From the human T2T-CHM13v2.0 reference genome, Homo sapiens: a DNA stretch of 64,000 nt. The stretch is from NCBI RefSeq assembly GCF_009914755.1, contig NC_060942.1; one strand, 5' to 3'. Both the position numbers and the translations under genes were made by a program. The notes beneath the pieces were generated by a model. That model made no database searches. It had not been told where the DNA came from and worked only from the letters and a program-made list of their open reading frames with translations. Each line of letters begins with the position of its first letter. Positions within the stretch are counted from its first letter, which is position 1. Below are positions 57,375 through 64,000 of this stretch, piece after piece.

Positions 57375-58797
57375 AAGTTCTGGGATACATGTGCAGAATA
57401 TGCAGGTTTGTTACATAGGTATACATGTGCCATGGTGTTTTGCTGCACCTGTCAACCCATCATCTAGGTTTTAAGCCTTGCATGCATTAGATATTTGTCC
57501 TAATGTTCTCCCTCCCCTTTCCCTTTACCCCACAACAGGTCCCAGTGTGTGATGTTCCCCTCCCTGTGTACATGTGCTCTCACTGTTCAGCTCCCACTTA
57601 TGAGTGAGAACATGTCGTATCTGGTTTTCTGATTCTGCATTAGTTTGCTGAGAATGATGGCTTCCAGCTTCATCCATGTCCCTGCAAAGGACATGAACTC
57701 ATTCTTTGTTATGGCTGCGTAGTATTCCATGGTGTATATGTGCCACATTTTCTTAATCCAGTCTATCATTGATGGGCATTTGGGTTGGTTCCAAGTCTTT
57801 GCTAATGTAAATAGTGCTGCAATAAACATATGTGTGCCTGTATCTTTATAGTAGAATGATTTATAATCCTTTGAGTATATACCCAGTATATACTTGGTTC
57901 TAAGTCTTTGCTATTGTGAACAGTGCTGCAATACACATATGTGTGCATGTGTCTTTGTAATAGAATGATTTGTAATTCTTTGGGTATATACCCAGTAATG
58001 GGTTTGCCGGGTCAAATGGTATTTCTAGTTCTAGATCCTTGAGGAATTGCCACACTGTCTTCCACAATGGTTGAACTAATTTACACTCCCACCAACAGTG
58101 TAAAAGCATTCCTATTTCTCCACAGCCTCACCAGCATCTGTTGTTTCCTGACTTTTTAATAATCACCATTTTAACTGGCATGAGAGGGTATCTCATTGTG
58201 GTTTTGATTTGCATTTCTCTAATGACCAGTGATGATGCGCTTCTTTTCATATATTTCTTGGCCACATAAATGGCTTCTTTTGAGAAGTGTAGACTCCTAT
58301 CTTTCACCATATACAAAAATGATATCAAAATGGATTACACATTTAATTGTAAGACCTAAGCTATGAAACTACCAGAAGAAAACATTGGAGAAGTGCTCCA
58401 GGACATTAGGTGAGCAAAGATTTCTTGAGTAAGACCTCATAAACTCAGATAACCAAAGCAAAAATTGAAAGTGGAATTATATCAAGCTAAAAAGCTTCTG
58501 CACAGCAAATGAAAAAATCAACAACATGAAGAGACAACCTACAGAATGTGAGGAAATATTTGCATACTATTCATTTAACAGGGGATTAATAACATCAATA
58601 TATAACGGACTCAAACAACTCAATAGCAAAAAAAAAATCCAATTTTAAAATGAGCAAAAGATACACATTTCTCAAAAGAAGATTTAAATGGCCAAAAAAT
58701 ATATATAAAAAAGAACCTCAACATCACTAATCATTAGGGAAATGCAAATCAAAACTACAATGAGATATCATACTACCTCAGTTAAACTGGCTATTAC
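57115..58797 (+). mobile_element. L1MA/PB ORF2 3' fragment interrupted by an L1PA insertion
   Basis: gtaacccaaacagcat...aaactagacccctatc | tttcaccatatacaaaaat...gaaatgcaaatcaaaactacaatgag. Confidence 0.85.
57330..58289 (-). mobile_element. 5'-truncated L1PA (PA7/8-like) 3' end
   Basis: 40-nt poly-T, L1PA 3'UTR and ORF2 C-terminus. TSD tagacccctatcttt / tagactcctatcttt. Confidence 0.93.
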
Positions 58798-58932
58798 TGG
58801 CAGGGCACTGTGGCTCATGCCTGTAATCCCAGCACTTTGGGAGGCCGAGGCGGGTGGATCACCTGAGGTCAGGAGTTCAAGACTAACCTGGCCAACATGG
58901 CGAAACCCCGTCTCTACTAAAAATACAAAAAT
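58798..58932 (+). mobile_element. Alu left monomer only
   Basis: ggcagggcactgtggctcatgcc...actaaaaatacaaaaatt, followed by unrelated sequence. Confidence 0.9.
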
Positions 58933-59045
58933 TCCAAATATTTTAAATTTAGAAGCAATGGAATAAGTCACAATAGGAAATATAATCAGACTTAGCTGCC
59001 TAATATTTTTACCTAGGTTAAAAATGAAGCATAACAAAGAGGAGA

Positions 59046-59533
<488 letters not shown>

Positions 59534-60120
59534 TTATAATCTGGTTCAACAATATGCAATTTAAAACAATGAGATAACATACTTCAGCCCATTAAACCAC
59601 AAATATTTTTAAATGTTAATATCCAAATCAATAAAAAAAATAGATTGGAACAGAAACTAGTAGCTTTATATTTATTTATCCACTCAGCAAATCATTTTTA
59701 GGTGTTTATTCTGTGCCAGCCCCGGACTAGGTGATGGAGAAACAATGATGAGTTAAAAAGGAAAAAGTTGATCTGTTTTCAATGTAATTCTCTTGTTAAT
59801 AGCATGGATAATTTGTACCATGGCTTTTGGGGGAAGTAACGTAAAAATGTATATCAAGGGCATATATACCCAAATCTTTTAGTGTATTAATGATCCCCTA
59901 AAATTAATGTGGGTGAAATAAAAATAGCTATAGATAGATAGATAAAGTTCAATATACAAGGTATTGCTTGCAATGGTGTTTGCAATACTCCAATTTGGGC
60001 ATCTTATAAAATATCAAGTAAACACACACAGCACACATATATAATTGCATGCTTACTATTATTACAACTACATTAAAACTAGAATGTAAAAATATAAAAT
60101 TAACAGCAATTGTGTTTTGG

Positions 60121-61371
60121 TGCTGTGATATTGTATAGATTTTTTTCATTTATTTTCAAAAGATTCTGTACTTCTATTTTCTTAACTTAAGGCCATTTAA
60201 AAAATAAAAAAATGTAAATCCACATTGGTCTAACTGGTAATTATGAATGTAAGACATTAAATTTTGAAGTTGCTTTCTACAAAATGAAAAATTAAGCATT
60301 TCTGAAATGAATATTTGCCTGCTTCTTTTTATACATAATAATGAGTTGAGACCATGGTGTGACAAAAGACCATTTAAACAACAAAAGGCCAAATAAAAGA
60401 CTGGAAGTCATAGGCTGAGGTTTTTCTTGCTTTTCTGCTGATAGCTGTTTGGCTAAAATTCCTTGGACTCTGGTTATTTATCTGTAAACTGATGAATTTA
60501 AACTAAATTAATGATCTCAAAAGTTAGTCACTTCTAAAGGTCTATGAAAACCTAAAAAAAGAATTATCAATTCAAAAAATTTATTAAAAGCTGTTATTGC
60601 TAAAAGCTACACCTTGCTACATTTCCATTGTAAAGTTAACTTCATTTCAAATGTGGTTTATTTATATTTGTAAGTTTTTAGTCATCATTTTATGTTTAAA
60701 ATGTATTTTCTAGGTCACTGGTAAATCCAGAAATACACAATTATAATATAAATGCTATAAAAATAGTAGGCAGTATCATCCTCAGCTTAGAAAAAAATAG
60801 ATGCCTTTCTGATGTTACAGTATAGGTATGTCAAGGAGCAGTTTAAAAATAAAAAAGCAAAACCGAAACAAAACCCCATGTGCCTTATGACAGTATCACT
60901 CTTTCCTAAATGGAACGCAAAGATAACAAGGGCTCTCTGGGTAGAATGTTCCTATGGGAGAGAGTTGGCATTAAAAAGTGATAGGATGACAAAATAGTCT
61001 GAAGAGCTCAAACAGTCTTATTGCATCATATGAATAGTCAAGAGATGAGTGATAGATAAATTACCATCTTAATTTATCATTATCATTTTGATATACAGGT
61101 CTAACTGATGCAACTTTGATTTTTTCAAAGATCATTTTTAAAAATTGAGTTCATAAAAAGGCATTCATGTGGAAACTACATAATAGGTTACATGAAGGCA
61201 GGGCCTATGCTGTACACATAGTTCTATGTACACATGGTATGTCCTCAGCACATATTTGCTGTGATATTGCATAGGTTTCTTTCATTTATTTTCAAACATT
61301 CTGTAATTCTATTTTCTTAACTTAAGGCCATTTAAAAAATAAAAAAGCATAAATCCACACTGGTCTAACTG
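60121..61371 (+). repeat. Dispersed ~115-bp direct repeat (60121-60236 and 61257-61371)
   Basis: tgctgtgatattg...ttctattttcttaacttaaggccatttaaaaaataaaaaa...taaatccaca.tggtctaactg is present twice. Confidence 0.92.
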
Positions 61372-61490
61372 AAATATAAGTTCCGTGGGAACAAGGATTT
61401 TGTCTCTTTTGTTGCCTGATGTATCCCAAGTTCCTAGAAGAATGAGTAGCACTTAGTAGGTGTCTGTAAACATTTGTTGAATGAAATAAT
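61372..61490 (+). mobile_element. L2 3' end
   Basis: aatataagttccgtggga...tgtatcccaagttcctagaa...tagtaggtgtctgtaaacatttgttgaatgaa. Confidence 0.8.
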
Positions 61491-61769
61491 AGATCATACA
61501 TAGGAAAAACTCCAAATTTTCCATTTAATCTCATTGACTAATATGATTGTTAAAATGTCTTTTTCAATACTGTAGTATTTAGAAAGCATAGCAATTTCGT
61601 CGACAGAAAAAACAAAGAGGTTTTGATGAAGGTAAGGGAAATGAACAGAGGTCTATGGACCACAGTATTTTAAGTCTTCAAGATGAATTGTTAGACCATT
61701 GGATATGTAACTATTTTACATAATTTCTCATAAAATGGAATAATAAAAATATTAGGATGGAATATAACT

Positions 61770-62432
61770 AAGTGTGTTTTCTGATTGTTGCTAAATATCC
61801 AAAGCTTAGTGGCTTAACCAATATTAAACTTTACGCTTTTAGAGTTTCTGCATGTTAGATAGTCAGGCACAGTTTTGCTGGGCAGTTTCAGCTCAGTGTC
61901 TTTCATAAGGTTGCAGCCAAGGTGTCAGCCAGGGCTGGAGTCTTCTGAAGATTTTTCTAAGGCTTAGGGATCCAGTTTAAAGGTGGCTCATTTGCCTAAT
62001 TGACTAGCTGGTGCCAGCTGTTAGCAAAAGATCCCACCTCTCTGCTGGACCTGAACAGTACACTGACTGGCCAGAGCTGTCTGGTCAACCTTAGACATGC
62101 CAAGCTGGCGGCTAAGTCCATCACTTGTGGCCAACATCTGTCTCAAAATAAATAAACAAAAAACCAACAGTAAATATTTAGCAATAACAAAGAAATAATA
62201 ACAAACAATGTTAAAGACCAATAAATAAATAAGTGGGAATGAACAAAGGTAAAAAGTAATTAATATCACAAGATCTTCTCTCTCTCTCTCTCTCTCTCTC
62301 TCCCCCCCCTCCCTCTGTCTCTTCTCTCTCTCTCTCCAGCAGCCCACATTCATGAGAAGGGAGGTATTAGGCTGCCTCTTTTGAAGGGAGAGATATCAAA
62401 GAATTTATGAGTTATATTTTAAAAACCTCCAA
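61770..62432. mobile_element. Old MLT1 LTR containing an A-rich insert and (CT)n
   Basis: cttagtggcttaa...ctgggcagtttcagctcagtgtctttcataaggttgcagccaaggtgtcagccagggctg. (CT)n at 62277-62336. Confidence 0.75.
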
Positions 62433-62694
62433 ATGTGAACAACTATTTGACTGATTTGGTGAGCTCCTAATTCATTACTATGGCCACATAGGGGGAAAAA
62501 AATGAGGCTGTGAGAGTTGCAATTTTGTAACAAAATGAGTTGCAGGATCCTCTAAGAAGATATGCCTATTTACTAAAGATTTTCATCAAAAAATAGTCAA
62601 ATTATTACCTCATTTTTCCACTTGATTTTGTCTATGAGTACACATTATATGTATGGGGAAACTTTATTTCCAATGTGTCTCATATTTACTGCAG

Positions 62695-62850
62695 GTATCC
62701 AGAAGAAACTCCTGAAGATGCTTGTTAAAAAATGGAAAGCCTGCGTTCCATCTCAGCCCTACTAAATTAGAATCTTGTGTATGAGATGCCAGGATCTTCA
62801 TTTTTAACAAAGATCTAAGGGTGATTCCCATTCAGGTGGTCCATGAACTC
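62695..62850. mobile_element. MER5A-like hAT MITE
   Basis: gcttgttaaaaaatg...cctactaaattagaatct...catttttaacaaagatctaagggtgattc. Confidence 0.7.
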
Positions 62851-64000
62851 TAACAGGCTCAGGAGAAAGAACCAGTAAAACAGCGTATTGCCTTTAGTGT
62901 AGCCTCGCTAGGAAAGATGTCTGGATATAATTCCCCAATGTCAAAAACGGGTTTATGGAAATAGGGTTACAAATGATTTTTTCCAATGATATGAACTACA
63001 TCATCAAATAGAACTCCTGCAGGAAATTATAATGTTTTCCACAGCTCTGCCTTAGGCTAGAAACTAAGCAGGAAATATTGTTAGACTTAAATCATTAGAG
63101 AAACGTGAAAAAGTTTTAAAGTGAAGAATCGCATAATTTAAAATTGGGCTTCTGAGTTACAAAGCAGGAAAAGAAAAGAAAAGAAATCAAGTGTCGCTCA
63201 TCACCAGTTAAAAACAACCTTATGGAAAATGTTGCTTCATAACGACAAAAGGAAGGAGAAAGCCCTAATAGTGACTCTTTCCAGACAACCATAATGTTAG
63301 CAATTATCTTCTTCTGAAAATAAAGAAATAAACCATCATTTAACATTTATAAAACATCATAAAATAAATAAGTGCTCTAACATTATTAAACTTTAATTGC
63401 ATTGAAGCAACTTTCAATGCAAATTTTACATTACTTTTTAAGTAAATTTGCAGCTTCGTAAAAGATGGCTAACATGTCTATTTTTTTTCTCCATTCACAG
63501 CACGGGAGGAATACAGGGAACAATACATGGCATGGATATAAAGGAGTAACATATTTGTTTGTTGTTTTTGTTTGTTTAATGGACACCTTCTGTGTGTACA
63601 TACAAAAGGTATATAGCCTTTCGAGGTGCCTATTTTGTCAGGTCATAGACTTTCTGCAGAGATACCATTCATGTTCACAGGGATTATTTTCAAATCAGTT
63701 AATAAATTATGTATAAAAAATGTTATATGTGGCTGTAACTTGTATGTGGAAGGTATAAATATGTCTTCCAAATACAAAACCTATTGAGCGCAGGGGCCAG
63801 AATTTGAAGTCATAACTTCTGAGCCACAATGCCTATGCTATATTCATTATAGCACTCTTCTTCTACAATGAAACACTGAAAAATCAGTTTTGACCACAAG
63901 AGTCTTATTCATTTGAATTCTCATCTTTTTACCAAACTTTATGTGAAGGATTTATTTTCTATTTGCAATTAGCCTTTCCTTAGCTATAATTCTAAATCTT

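Overview
AT-rich human genomic DNA (an AluYa5 matching the consensus as I recall it points to human). It is intronic or intergenic, with no conventional long coding exon, RNA gene or CRISPR array. About half of it is transposon-derived: MER11, LTR12C and THE1 solo LTRs with intact target-site duplications (TSDs), a full-length HSMAR2 mariner fossil, several L1s (including a 15-kb nested stack at 26.3-41.4 kb), nine Alus, and L2/MIR/MLT1/hAT remnants. Most of the longer ORFs in the six-frame track are repeat-derived. The most interesting signal is speculative. Seventeen AG..GT-bounded 5-41 nt segments in the unique sequence of the minus strand can be spliced, in genomic order, into a stop-free 101-codon frame. 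That frame contains a P-loop-like LVSDDGGGKTT and a G3-like WDIGGQ, suggesting a microexon-encoded small-GTPase-like product. I assembled this by eye and overfitting is a real risk. Subfamily names and the boundaries of old repeats are from memory and approximate.
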